A stretch of 55,910 nt of DNA from a virus (Duplodnaviria; Caudoviricetes), in the IMG/VR virus record IMGVR_UViG_3300008267_009201, positions 1 through 55,910 of that record; one strand, written 5' to 3'. Numbering within the stretch: position 1 is the stretch's first letter; the number at the start of each line of letters is the position of its first letter. Position numbers and translations under genes: made by a program. Below the pieces are notes generated by a model, which worked only from the letters and a program-made list of their open reading frames with translations, was not told the origin of the DNA and did no database searches. Positions 7,833-17,337 of the stretch are shown one piece after another.

Positions 7833-9368
7833 TCAATTAATACGAATATTTTGGTTTAAAACAGTATTTCTAGCATCCGCTAATGCGTCTCTTAATTTTT
7901 GCTTTGTTAATTTTCTAGTACCATATGGTCCTTCATCAGGAGACTCATTCGGATTATGCACGTGGTCAGTTACAAAATCAACTATTAAATCAAGTAAATC
8001 TAATAATTTTTCACCTCTAACTGAAGAGTTGGTTTTGTCAACAAATGATTCTAAATCTTGTATATCTAAAGAGTCTATAGTACTATTTAAATTCACCTTT
8101 TCAGTACCTATTGATTGTACATGACTTAATAAAAATATAGTATTCGCCCCAAGTGTTGCGTAAGTCTCATCTATTTTTTCAACTTGTTTTTCATACACAA
8201 CTTCTTTCCTTGGTCTTGGTGGTTGTATTAGTAAATTTTTACCATAGACAATTGAAGATTCAGATGTGGTAAAATATTTAACAAAGTTTTTAAAATCATT
8301 TGAATTTTTACTTATTATAGGATTTGAACTTCTCAACCCACTTGAAATTTTAGGACCAAAACAAAAAAACGATGGATATCTTGGTTCTTTAATTTGGTAA
8401 TTGGGCATTGGTGGGATATTAATTAATCCTAAATCACCAAAAGATTTTTCTAAAAATAAATTTATAAGAGTTGTTGCAGATAAAAGTGTTAACGTATTAA
8501 ATTTATACTCAAATAATGTAGAACCAATTGAGTCTGAAAAATCAGTGTCTTGGGTTATATTATTAGATAAAGTTTTTTCGTTGTCTAATAATTCATATAT
8601 TGTTATACTACCACTAAATGTACCGTTAACTGGTTGATTAGGGTTACTTTCTAAATTATCTACATCATATATAATCAATTTTTTAACAGGAATAGAATCA
8701 GTTTGATTGTATAAAAAAACTGTAGGTTCAAGATTAGTTGTGATTTTTTCTTTAAAATGTGATAAATTTACAAAGGCCCTATTAAAATTTCTTTTAGGTA
8801 TTTGATTGGGTACAAATTCATATACTTTACCCGCTCTTAATAACAAACTATTTTCACCTAAGACTACATCTGAAGTTCCTCTACCCATTACTGCCACCTC
8901 AGAATTCTTTGGAAATACCCCCTCAATATTTTGGTTAATTAATTTTGGAGAACCATAATTAAATTGTTTACCTTTTGTATTAGATGAAGGACCAACTAAC
9001 GCTTTTGACTGTGCTATATTATCCCCTTGACCTGTATTTGATAATGTTTGTTCATATGTTTCACCACCGATGTTTAATATGTTTGACGGTGAAAACTGTA
9101 TCCAATATTGGTCTTGAAAAGTATTTTCAAATGGGTTCGCGTAAAATAATAAAACAGTCTCACCTTCTTTAGGTGCCTGATTGAAAAAAATAGGTAATAA
9201 TGATACAAATACGTATGGGTCATTTTCAGCCCATTTTGTAAACGATGTTGCATTTAATGCCGCCTCATCAATTCCTTGAGGGTACGCTCTTATTTTGAGA
9301 GTACCTGGTTGGGACGAACCATCAACATCTAGTATCTTACCTAATTTTATTATTTTTTTATTTACCAT
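7833..9368 (-). CDS. Putative baseplate central spike/hub protein (gp5/GpV-like)
   Basis: OB-fold-like N-terminus (G.ILDVD..G.LKIRA, P..GETVLL) and C-terminal VRGEKL..LL...HVH spike-tip motif. Confidence 0.6.
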   Translation of the reverse strand: MVNKKIIKLGKILDVDGSSQPGTLKIRAYPQGIDEAALNATSFTKWAENDPYVFVSLLPIFFNQAPKEGETVLLFYANPFENTFQDQYWIQFSPSNILNIGGETYEQTLSNTGQGDNIAQSKALVGPSSNTKGKQFNYGSPKLINQNIEGVFPKNSEVAVMGRGTSDVVLGENSLLLRAGKVYEFVPNQIPKRNFNRAFVNLSHFKEKITTNLEPTVFLYNQTDSIPVKKLIIYDVDNLESNPNQPVNGTFSGSITIYELLDNEKTLSNNITQDTDFSDSIGSTLFEYKFNTLTLLSATTLINLFLEKSFGDLGLINIPPMPNYQIKEPRYPSFFCFGPKISSGLRSSNPIISKNSNDFKNFVKYFTTSESSIVYGKNLLIQPPRPRKEVVYEKQVEKIDETYATLGANTIFLLSHVQSIGTEKVNLNSTIDSLDIQDLESFVDKTNSSVRGEKLLDLLDLIVDFVTDHVHNPNESPDEGPYGTRKLTKQKLRDALADARNTVLNQNIRIN

Positions 9369-9573
9369 TTCTATTTTGGTATTCTTCTAAAATTTTATTA
9401 TATAATAATTCTACTTCATCAAAATGATTTGTCATCTTTAAAATAATCTGTTTAGTCGTCTCAAAATTCTCCTGTAAAAAATCCATTGCAACCTCTAAAT
9501 CCTTATTACTTTTATTTTTATAATCTTTAATTATTTCAAGTATTTTTTCTGAATTTTTATCTGTCTGTATCAT
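9358..9573 (-). CDS. Hypothetical coiled-coil protein
   Basis: 71-aa ORF overlapping the downstream gene start. Confidence 0.65.
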   Translation of the reverse strand: MIQTDKNSEKILEIIKDYKNKSNKDLEVAMDFLQENFETTKQIILKMTNHFDEVELLYNKILEEYQNRNGK

Positions 9574-9575
9574 AT

Positions 9576-11537
9576 TTAAAACTTTTTACCATATGCTGAT
9601 GAGGGAATTGTAGTACCTCCCCCGAGAGCTGCGACTGCAAGTGCGGGGATGGCTATTTGTACTTTACCATTTGCGGCTTCTTCTTCCGCCATAGATTTCA
9701 TTTGTGCTAATTTTGCTAAAACAAATTTATTTGGTGCCCCACTTGGTAATGAACCTGTAGGTATACCTAATTTTTGTAATTCTTCTAATGTATTTAAAAA
9801 GGCTCTTGTGTAAGAATAACCGTCTAAAGCTTGTGCCGCAAACAATAAAGGTAAAGGTATTGAACTACCCAAACCTGTTGTTGCAATTCTAAATAATTTA
9901 AGTAACTCATCAATTACTGATTTACATTGTCTATAATCAGATATAAAATTGGCGACTACAATTAGTAATTGAACTAATTTTGTAATCATTATTAGTTTTA
10001 CTGAAGCCTTTTCTTTCGCCAAATCCTTTACAATTACTTGTAGTAATTCAAATATGTCTTTTTTAATTTGTTCAAACAATTCTTTAACAAATATTGCAAC
10101 AATTTTTGAAACTAAATTTATTGTAAACTTTTTAAATTTTTTAAAAAAATCCTGAACGTTATCAATTGCATAATCAATATTCTCACCAACACTTTGCGTT
10201 AATGATTTAATCATAATCATTAATGGTAGTATTACTTTTGGAGATAAAATAGACATTACTAAACCTATTGGTAAATTTTTTAAAAAATTAGTATTCAGAC
10301 TTATTTGATATGCCGGTAAATTAGCAGAAAGACGTAAATACTCATCTTTTTCTAAACCACTTAATATTGAGTCAGGTATATTTTGTACCATTTCAATCTC
10401 ATCAGTCTTAGTGGTACCACTTAGTATTTGTTCTAAATTTTGAAATATTAAATCAGTGTTAATCGGTAATTGTACATTATCACAATCAGACAACTCAATA
10501 ACTCCATTTAAAAATTTAGTCCTTTCTTCTTCAATTTGTCTTTGATTTAATGATGTTAATTCAAAAAAATCCTCTTCAATCCCGTCTAATTCTGGAATTT
10601 TTGAAGACCCTTGAACGTCTATTTCAGTTGCGGAATCAAAACATAAACCTAAAATTCGTTTTAAAAACTTGTCCATTTTAAGACTTGCCTCTAATGTTTG
10701 AGTACCTGCCTGTACTGATAATGACCCTGTTAATAAGTCTGTAATTTTACCCGCATATAGGTGAGTTTCAATTATATCAATACTTTTATAATAATCGACT
10801 ACAAAACTTGAAACTCTATTTGCAACTGGTCCTGAGCCATCTTGTAATCTATTAGACAATTCTACTTTAAAAAATTGACCACTATTCCCTTGACCGTCGG
10901 TTTCGACAAACGTAATATTGAACAAATCCTGTCCTGACGCACCTTTATATAATAATCCTTGATTTTCGGGTGAATCTTGAAAAGATTCATTAGGATTTTG
11001 GGTCCTTCTATATAATTCTTTATTTAAACTTTTTTTAGTGTCTGAAGCGTTAAAACTTTTTTTTTCGTAGTAAATTTTACCTTTTTTTGTGTTCGGGTCA
11101 ATTTGTAACTGTTTAAAAAAATCTATTGAATTTATATTAATATAAATTGGTTGATTTGATATAAATTGTTGTTCAGAGTCACAATTAATTGCGTTAACAA
11201 TTTCCTGAATTATAATGTTATTTATTTCAGGTTTCTTTTTTTCAATTGTCTGAATAAATTTATTTTTTAAATAATTTGTGGTGTTTTTTCCTTTACCTTT
11301 AGTTAAGGTATTAATATCAAACAATTGTGATAGTTGATTTTTTGTGTCTTGCCTAATTTTTTCAGCATTTCTTTTCAATTCTTCTAAACTAGTTTGACCT
11401 TGAGATAAAAGGGACTCAAAATTATCTCCTTGATTTTTTAATGACTCTTGCAAAGAAGTTTTGGCCTCCGTGTAAGATTTTACGGCACCAATCTCTGATT
11501 TTAAATTTTCGTAACTATCTTCTAAATCTATAACCAT
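9576..11537 (-). CDS. Hypothetical protein (helical, possibly structural)
   Basis: 653-aa ORF with coiled-coil N-terminus and hydrophobic helices. Confidence 0.65.
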   Translation of the reverse strand: MVIDLEDSYENLKSEIGAVKSYTEAKTSLQESLKNQGDNFESLLSQGQTSLEELKRNAEKIRQDTKNQLSQLFDINTLTKGKGKNTTNYLKNKFIQTIEKKKPEINNIIIQEIVNAINCDSEQQFISNQPIYININSIDFFKQLQIDPNTKKGKIYYEKKSFNASDTKKSLNKELYRRTQNPNESFQDSPENQGLLYKGASGQDLFNITFVETDGQGNSGQFFKVELSNRLQDGSGPVANRVSSFVVDYYKSIDIIETHLYAGKITDLLTGSLSVQAGTQTLEASLKMDKFLKRILGLCFDSATEIDVQGSSKIPELDGIEEDFFELTSLNQRQIEEERTKFLNGVIELSDCDNVQLPINTDLIFQNLEQILSGTTKTDEIEMVQNIPDSILSGLEKDEYLRLSANLPAYQISLNTNFLKNLPIGLVMSILSPKVILPLMIMIKSLTQSVGENIDYAIDNVQDFFKKFKKFTINLVSKIVAIFVKELFEQIKKDIFELLQVIVKDLAKEKASVKLIMITKLVQLLIVVANFISDYRQCKSVIDELLKLFRIATTGLGSSIPLPLLFAAQALDGYSYTRAFLNTLEELQKLGIPTGSLPSGAPNKFVLAKLAQMKSMAEEEAANGKVQIAIPALAVAALGGGTTIPSSAYGKKF

Positions 11538-11899
11538 TACAATTTTAAATTAATATTTGTATCGGAATCAATGTCTTTTTCAATTAAACCTTTTAGTACC
11601 TCGTCATCAAATTCTGATAAACTGAATGATTCTGTTTGAGAATTTTTTTCCCATATATTGGCTTGAAGTTTTGACAGACTTAATTTTTTTTCAACACACT
11701 CATTAATTATTTTTTGTTGTTTTTCAATGACAGGACCAATTAAAGTCATATCTTCAGGTTCTTTCATCATAGAAATCATTTTATTTTGAATCCTAAGTGC
11801 TGTGGACCTTTGTTCTACTAATTCATTATATATTTCTTGCATTAACGCTTGTAATGAATCTTTAGTAAAATTTATTTCTTTTTTTCTTGGTTTTGTCAT
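11537..11899 (-). CDS. Hypothetical coiled-coil protein
   Basis: 120-aa ORF; TATTTAT 4 nt upstream of the ATG. Confidence 0.7.
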   Translation of the reverse strand: MTKPRKKEINFTKDSLQALMQEIYNELVEQRSTALRIQNKMISMMKEPEDMTLIGPVIEKQQKIINECVEKKLSLSKLQANIWEKNSQTESFSLSEFDDEVLKGLIEKDIDSDTNINLKL

Positions 11900-11927
11900 A
11901 TAGATAAATATAAAATCACAAATTTTA

Positions 11928-12674
11928 TTATTCCTCTTCGGTTTTAATTATATTATCATAAAGTATTTTATATTTTTTCATACTTGTTCTGATTTCTTTG
12001 GTTGAGAGATTTGTCATTTCTCTTAAAGACAATAAAATTAGATTTTTATTAAATTTATTATTGTCAGAAGTTTGAAAAATTTGTTTATAATTCTCTAAAA
12101 TATCACACAGAGCAACTCCTAATTTATATTCATTTGTTGTTTCATGGAACTCATTTGATTTTTCTTTAACTATTTCTAATAATTTAATTAAGATATTTTC
12201 TTTATTGTCCTCCTCTTCATCTATATAATAAACCATATTTGGATTATTTTCTAAATCACTTGAAATATCCTCATATGAAATTTTTCTATTTTGTTCTTTT
12301 TGGTCTTTAAGAATTTGTCCCATTAAATAATTCTTACATATTGTCCCAAAATATGAATAAGCCTTTTTTTCTTTAGAAGGACTAAATTTTTCAATTTTAG
12401 TCATCAAAAATGAATGGGTATCTGTATGAATTTCATAAAAATCCATATCCTTACGATAAAGTTTGTACCTTCTAATAATTGAAGATATCATTTTATCTAA
12501 AGGGTGCCTTAAATAATCATTATAAATTTTGTTTTTTTCATCAAAAGTAGAGGCGGTTAAAAACATTCTAACCGCCATCTCTTCTCTTTGGTCAAAGTAA
12601 TTTTCATTTTCAGACTTACTTTTTTTACCCTTTTGAATGATTATTGTTGTTTGTCCTGAATAATCATTAATCAT
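11928..12674 (-). CDS. Phage RNA polymerase sigma-factor-like protein (gp55-like region 2)
   Basis: KIEKFSPSKEKKAYSYFGTICKNYL resembles sigma region 2 (F-D/N-P..K.F/Y.YF..I..N). Confidence 0.68.
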   Translation of the reverse strand: MINDYSGQTTIIIQKGKKSKSENENYFDQREEMAVRMFLTASTFDEKNKIYNDYLRHPLDKMISSIIRRYKLYRKDMDFYEIHTDTHSFLMTKIEKFSPSKEKKAYSYFGTICKNYLMGQILKDQKEQNRKISYEDISSDLENNPNMVYYIDEEEDNKENILIKLLEIVKEKSNEFHETTNEYKLGVALCDILENYKQIFQTSDNNKFNKNLILLSLREMTNLSTKEIRTSMKKYKILYDNIIKTEEE

Positions 12675-13480
12675 TAAACTTCTTGTGGTTCGTATTTTAT
12701 GTTCCTATCCTCGACAAAGAAATATTCTTTTTTTGCTGAGTTAATCCAAAACTTGACCTCATCTTCCGATAAAATATTTTCACCATTTTTATAATTCCAA
12801 AAAATACCACCTGGTCTAAGATTCATGTGTTTGTAACCTAATTTAGGTATTGTCATTATTTTAACTGAATTATATGTTAGACGAAGGAATAACTCATACA
12901 CAAAAGTTAATTTCATTGATGGTTTTAATCCTCCAAAATCAATAAATGTGTCTTTTTTAATTACCATTCCAGATGTTTGAAAATTTTGGTAGTTATGTAA
13001 GGTTTCGTTTGTTAAGTAACCCATTTCTTGACTAAAGTTGGCTGCAAAAGTTGCTTCATTCGTAAACCCTGCAAAAACTCCTTTATCATCAACATCAACA
13101 ACTATTGGTAAAAAACAATCAACATCCTCATAAACGTTCGAATATTTTTCAACATTTCTGAACCATATCTTAGAATACTCATCATCAAACTCTAAAATTG
13201 ATACCCATTTTGTTTTAGACTCAGCAACTCCTAAATTAACTTGTTCACAAAAATTTGGGTCTAAATCCCATTGAATTTTTCTAACATTTAATGAACCAAA
13301 GTCAAAAGAGTTTAAGTGGTCAACTAAAATTGTTTCAGGTGTATGTACAATTATTAATTCAGATGGTTGAGTTTCTTGATTTTGTATTGATTGGATGGCT
13401 TTCTCAAAATATTCAGTGAAAAAAGAGGCCACTGCCGATTTAATCGGTAATATTACTGTTAAGTCAAAATTATTTTCCAT
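12674..13480 (-). CDS. Glycosyltransferase family 2 (GT-A)
   Basis: TVILPI, SIQNQ..P.ELIIV, N.GV...KTKWVSILEFDDEY. Confidence 0.85.
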   Translation of the reverse strand: MENNFDLTVILPIKSAVASFFTEYFEKAIQSIQNQETQPSELIIVHTPETILVDHLNSFDFGSLNVRKIQWDLDPNFCEQVNLGVAESKTKWVSILEFDDEYSKIWFRNVEKYSNVYEDVDCFLPIVVDVDDKGVFAGFTNEATFAANFSQEMGYLTNETLHNYQNFQTSGMVIKKDTFIDFGGLKPSMKLTFVYELFLRLTYNSVKIMTIPKLGYKHMNLRPGGIFWNYKNGENILSEDEVKFWINSAKKEYFFVEDRNIKYEPQEV

Positions 13481-13481
13481 A

Positions 13482-14540
13482 TTATGCTTCTACTTTAAAT
13501 TTATTAATTTGTTGTGAAAAATACTCTTCACGAGATTTTAAATATTTTTCAAAAAGTTCAGTCACTGAATTTTTAAACTTATTCAAATCTTGGTACTGTT
13601 TTGAAGTTTCAACCCCATTTGAGTATAATTTTTCAGAAATATTATCCTCAATCCAATTTTGGATATAGTCTGCAGTATAGTCAATTAATTTATCAGACTC
13701 AGTAACCCAAATACCATTATCTTGATTTAACCACCCTGGAGTTATACTTGGTACAACACCAATAACAGGACAGTTAGATGCCATAGACTCTAATGGGAAT
13801 GTTCCAAATGAGCTTTGGTTATCAATCCAAACTGATACACACGATTCTTTTAAAGTATTTGAAAATTCATCCTCAGATAAACCTCTCATATCTCTAAAAG
13901 TAACCCATCTAAATTGTGGGAATTTTAAATAAAACTTTTTAATGAAATTAATACCATCTCTCTGTTCTCTCGAATGTACGGCTACGATTGGTTTTGATGG
14001 AAATTTTGATTGGTTAAATTTATCAGAAATGACAGGTTCAATAACGTCAAATGACACATTTTTCATAATTGGTGAAACATATTCTTTTAACCACTCACTA
14101 GTTGTTATACACTTAGGAAATCCTAATGACGACCACGATTGTCCTGGAGATAATGTTTCTGTAACCCAATCTGCAGATTGACATAATACAATTTTAGCAC
14201 AGGGTAATTTTGTAATTTGAGGCATAATGTACCCAAAAATTTCAGGAATAATAATAAAATCCTCAGGAGATATTTCAAGTTGTTGACCTTCGACAGAAAC
14301 ATGAGGTAGTTCCATATACTCAGAACCTAACCATTCCGATACTCCGGCATAATCTTTTTGTTCGTGTAATATAATTGGATTAAATCCATTATTTTTTAAA
14401 GTTAACGCCATTTTATAAGTGTACGACACAGATGCTTTAGCATTACCTTTTGTGTCTTGAACAAAGAAATAAATTCTTGATAATTTATTTCTAAGATTCT
14501 CAACAGACGTTTGTAATTTTTCTAAATTTGTTTGTTCCAT
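13482..14540 (-). CDS. GT-B (GT4-like) glycosyltransferase
   Basis: DFIIIPE and SFGTFPLESMASNCPVI, a variant of the EGFGLPPLEAMA motif. Confidence 0.8.
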   Translation of the reverse strand: MEQTNLEKLQTSVENLRNKLSRIYFFVQDTKGNAKASVSYTYKMALTLKNNGFNPIILHEQKDYAGVSEWLGSEYMELPHVSVEGQQLEISPEDFIIIPEIFGYIMPQITKLPCAKIVLCQSADWVTETLSPGQSWSSLGFPKCITTSEWLKEYVSPIMKNVSFDVIEPVISDKFNQSKFPSKPIVAVHSREQRDGINFIKKFYLKFPQFRWVTFRDMRGLSEDEFSNTLKESCVSVWIDNQSSFGTFPLESMASNCPVIGVVPSITPGWLNQDNGIWVTESDKLIDYTADYIQNWIEDNISEKLYSNGVETSKQYQDLNKFKNSVTELFEKYLKSREEYFSQQINKFKVEA

Positions 14541-14553
14541 ATTTATTTTTTTA

Positions 14554-14820
14554 TTAATATTTTTTTAATATACCTATATTAAGTAATGTATTCCAAGCAA
14601 TTTTATATGGAATACTAACTGCGGTTTTAGGCCCAAGAGCCTCATCCGCTTCGTCTCTTTCAGTAATTAAAACATCAATCATTGTTTTAATCATTTCGTA
14701 TTTTACAACAGAAATATGTTGTTCAGTTTTTCCCGATTCATCAGTAGTCGGGGCTAAATTTACTTGAGACTCAATTTCCTTGATGTCTAAGTAGTAATGT
14801 TCATTAAATAAGGTCAACAT
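14554..14820 (-). CDS. Hypothetical protein
   Basis: 88-aa ORF within the operon. Confidence 0.65.
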   Translation of the reverse strand: MLTLFNEHYYLDIKEIESQVNLAPTTDESGKTEQHISVVKYEMIKTMIDVLITERDEADEALGPKTAVSIPYKIAWNTLLNIGILKKY

Positions 14821-15472
14821 ATTTTATGCTCTCAATATTTTTAATTAAATCTTTTATTGTGTCTATCTCACAGTTTGCAATTACATCTTGGTTGTATGAG
14901 GTTTTAAATTTTACACATTTTTCAGGGTATAATTTAATTATCTCAGGATTTGATGTAATAATTACATCATAATTAGAAAGTTTTTTTTGTAAATTGTTAT
15001 TATTATAAAAAATAACTGAATCAATCAGGCATCCAAATTTTGATATAAAGAAGAGAGATGCGGGTTTTGATTTACCAACCCCTTTTGAAAAAATAGAAAA
15101 TTCATAATTTTCTTTATTACTCTCAATTAAATCATTTAATACTACAAAAGTGTCCATTTCAGTAGACGGGGAATGACCAAAAATTTGCATTACAAAATCT
15201 TCATACAAAAAATTATAAAAATCATCCTCAGTCGGAAATTTAAAATGTTCCTTTAGTTCTAAATTAACTAAAGGAAAAATCATTTCGTATTTAAAATTAT
15301 CTTCAATTTCATTAAGTGAAGTGTTACCTGACTCATCTAAAGTATACGTTTTAATAGGTTCTGAAAATTCATCTGAGTACTCTTCTAAATAATTCTTCTC
15401 ATATATTTGAGAAATTTTTAAAAATGTGTCTCTTAAAACTCCGTCTAAATCAATACCAACTTTAGTTTTCAT
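14804..15472 (-). CDS. HAD-superfamily 5'(3')-nucleotidase-like protein
   Basis: GIDLDGVLRD (HAD motif I); C-terminal SYNQ; motif IV Asp pair looks degenerate. Confidence 0.65.
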   Translation of the reverse strand: MKTKVGIDLDGVLRDTFLKISQIYEKNYLEEYSDEFSEPIKTYTLDESGNTSLNEIEDNFKYEMIFPLVNLELKEHFKFPTEDDFYNFLYEDFVMQIFGHSPSTEMDTFVVLNDLIESNKENYEFSIFSKGVGKSKPASLFFISKFGCLIDSVIFYNNNNLQKKLSNYDVIITSNPEIIKLYPEKCVKFKTSYNQDVIANCEIDTIKDLIKNIESIKYVDLI

Positions 15473-16199
15473 ATTTTTTCAAAATTTTTGAAATTATTGG
15501 GTTACGAACAATGTCCTCATCACCAAAAACATGAATTGCAATATCATCTACATCTTTAAATTTATCTAACGCATCAAATAATCCTGAGTGTTTTTTATCT
15601 TTGTACCTATCGGTTTGCTCAATGTCACCTGATATGAAAAATTTACTACTAAATCCAATACGTGTTAATAGTAATTTCATCTGACTTGGTGATGAATTCT
15701 GAGCCTCCTCAAATATTAGAATTGAGTTGTCAATATTCATACCTCTCATATATGCTAATGCAAATACCTCTATGACTTCAATTTGCTTTAGTTTTTCTCT
15801 TTGTTCTTTACCAATTATTTTGTTTAATAAATAAAACGATGGGAAAATATACGGGTCCAATTTTTCTTCTAAATTACCGGGTAATGACCCAAGTTTTTCT
15901 TCCGCTTCAACCGCAGGTCTTACTATAATAATTTTTTCATACGGTGTTTTAGGGTCGGATAATAAATCAACTGCACATTTCATAGCAATGTAACTTTTAC
16001 CAACACCTGCGGGACCGGAGCAGATTGTTATTTGATTGTTAACTAATTTATTATAATAGTCTTTTTGCCCCTGAGATAAAAACTTATCTTTTGTTTTATT
16101 TTTTACTATTGTAAGTATTTGTTCTTTTTTAGATACCTTTGGTTTAACCTCAAATGTAGATAATTGAGGTTCCTTATTAATTGTTTTTTTTCTTGTCAT
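15462..16199 (-). CDS. phoH: PhoH-family ATPase
   Basis: GPAGVGKS, RPAVEAEEKLGSLPG, AYMRG, EEAQN, GDIEQ.D, DIVRNP. Confidence 0.95.
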   Translation of the reverse strand: MTRKKTINKEPQLSTFEVKPKVSKKEQILTIVKNKTKDKFLSQGQKDYYNKLVNNQITICSGPAGVGKSYIAMKCAVDLLSDPKTPYEKIIIVRPAVEAEEKLGSLPGNLEEKLDPYIFPSFYLLNKIIGKEQREKLKQIEVIEVFALAYMRGMNIDNSILIFEEAQNSSPSQMKLLLTRIGFSSKFFISGDIEQTDRYKDKKHSGLFDALDKFKDVDDIAIHVFGDEDIVRNPIISKILKKYEN

Positions 16200-16206
16200 T
16201 TTATTT

Positions 16207-16644
16207 TTATTTATAATTTAATATAAAATCGCTACAAATACCTGAACATAATGAAACGTCATCATTATTTAATTCCGGTAGTACTGCGATACTATTTTTT
16301 ATTGGTTGTTTTCCTGGATACGACCAAATATACCCTTCACTTGTTAATGTCAATGTATCATTTTCATGCCAAAAATAATTTAATTGTACAATATTTGATT
16401 TCAAATAGGATATAGATTCTATATTTTTACAATGTATCCATAAACAATGGTATCTTTTTCTTAACCATTCAAAACTTACTTTGTATTGTGGATAATCATG
16501 ACCTAAAAACAAATCATTACCAGTCACCCATAAATCAACCTCAACGTCTAATCCCAAATTAATAGCGTCTTGGATATAGTCTAACGAATTTTCTTTACTT
16601 TTGTTAGGTCCTATAATATTACCTCTGTGAGAAATTAAAATCAT
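16207..16644 (-). CDS. Short glycerophosphodiester-phosphodiesterase-like protein
   Basis: ISHRGN, EN, DVEVD, LGHD, HCKN, GICSD. Confidence 0.75.
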   Translation of the reverse strand: MILISHRGNIIGPNKSKENSLDYIQDAINLGLDVEVDLWVTGNDLFLGHDYPQYKVSFEWLRKRYHCLWIHCKNIESISYLKSNIVQLNYFWHENDTLTLTSEGYIWSYPGKQPIKNSIAVLPELNNDDVSLCSGICSDFILNYK

Positions 16645-17333
16645 TTTTTATAACATTTAATATAAATCCATTGAGGGTGACCAGAATCCGAAAAAGAATT
16701 TTTAATTTCAGTGGAAATGTTAACAAATCCTATGTTTGATAAATCCTCAACTATCTCATTCTCAGTTTGGACTCTAACATCATATTCTGAATTAGTTTTA
16801 CTTGCATCATATATGTTATCATAATAAGAACTTCTAGGTCGGTTAAAAACATCTTTTAAATCGTTACCGTATCCCATTTGAAAAGAAAATATCCCTCCAC
16901 TTTTTAATACTCTAAGAATTTCTAACATGATGTTTTTTCTAATGTCATAAACTGGAATATGTTGTAAGGCTATTGTTGACATTACGAAATCATAATTATC
17001 TGAAGGGATATCTTGTAAATCAATTCCGTTATTACAGTACCAATTACTATTATATTGTGTATAAGTACTAACACAATAATCAATGTTGGACTGTGAAATA
17101 TCTACTCCGTCAACGTATTCCCACTCACTTAATTTATGAATATTAATTACGTTTCGACCTTTACCACATGCAAAATCTAATGCTCTTTTACCTGACCACC
17201 TATCTTTATTTTTTAAATCACCTAATAAAATATCCCAATAATCAGGATTATCATTGTGTTCCTCATGATTTGTTGTACCCGCAAAATACTCATTTTTTTG
17301 CATTAATGTATATGAGTTGTCAATTTGTATCAT
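16641..17333 (-). CDS. Class I SAM-dependent methyltransferase
   Basis: LDFACGKGRN, GVDIS, YDFV, LQHI, RVLKSGG. Confidence 0.9.
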   Translation of the reverse strand: MIQIDNSYTLMQKNEYFAGTTNHEEHNDNPDYWDILLGDLKNKDRWSGKRALDFACGKGRNVINIHKLSEWEYVDGVDISQSNIDYCVSTYTQYNSNWYCNNGIDLQDIPSDNYDFVMSTIALQHIPVYDIRKNIMLEILRVLKSGGIFSFQMGYGNDLKDVFNRPRSSYYDNIYDASKTNSEYDVRVQTENEIVEDLSNIGFVNISTEIKNSFSDSGHPQWIYIKCYKK

Positions 17334-17337
17334 AGTA

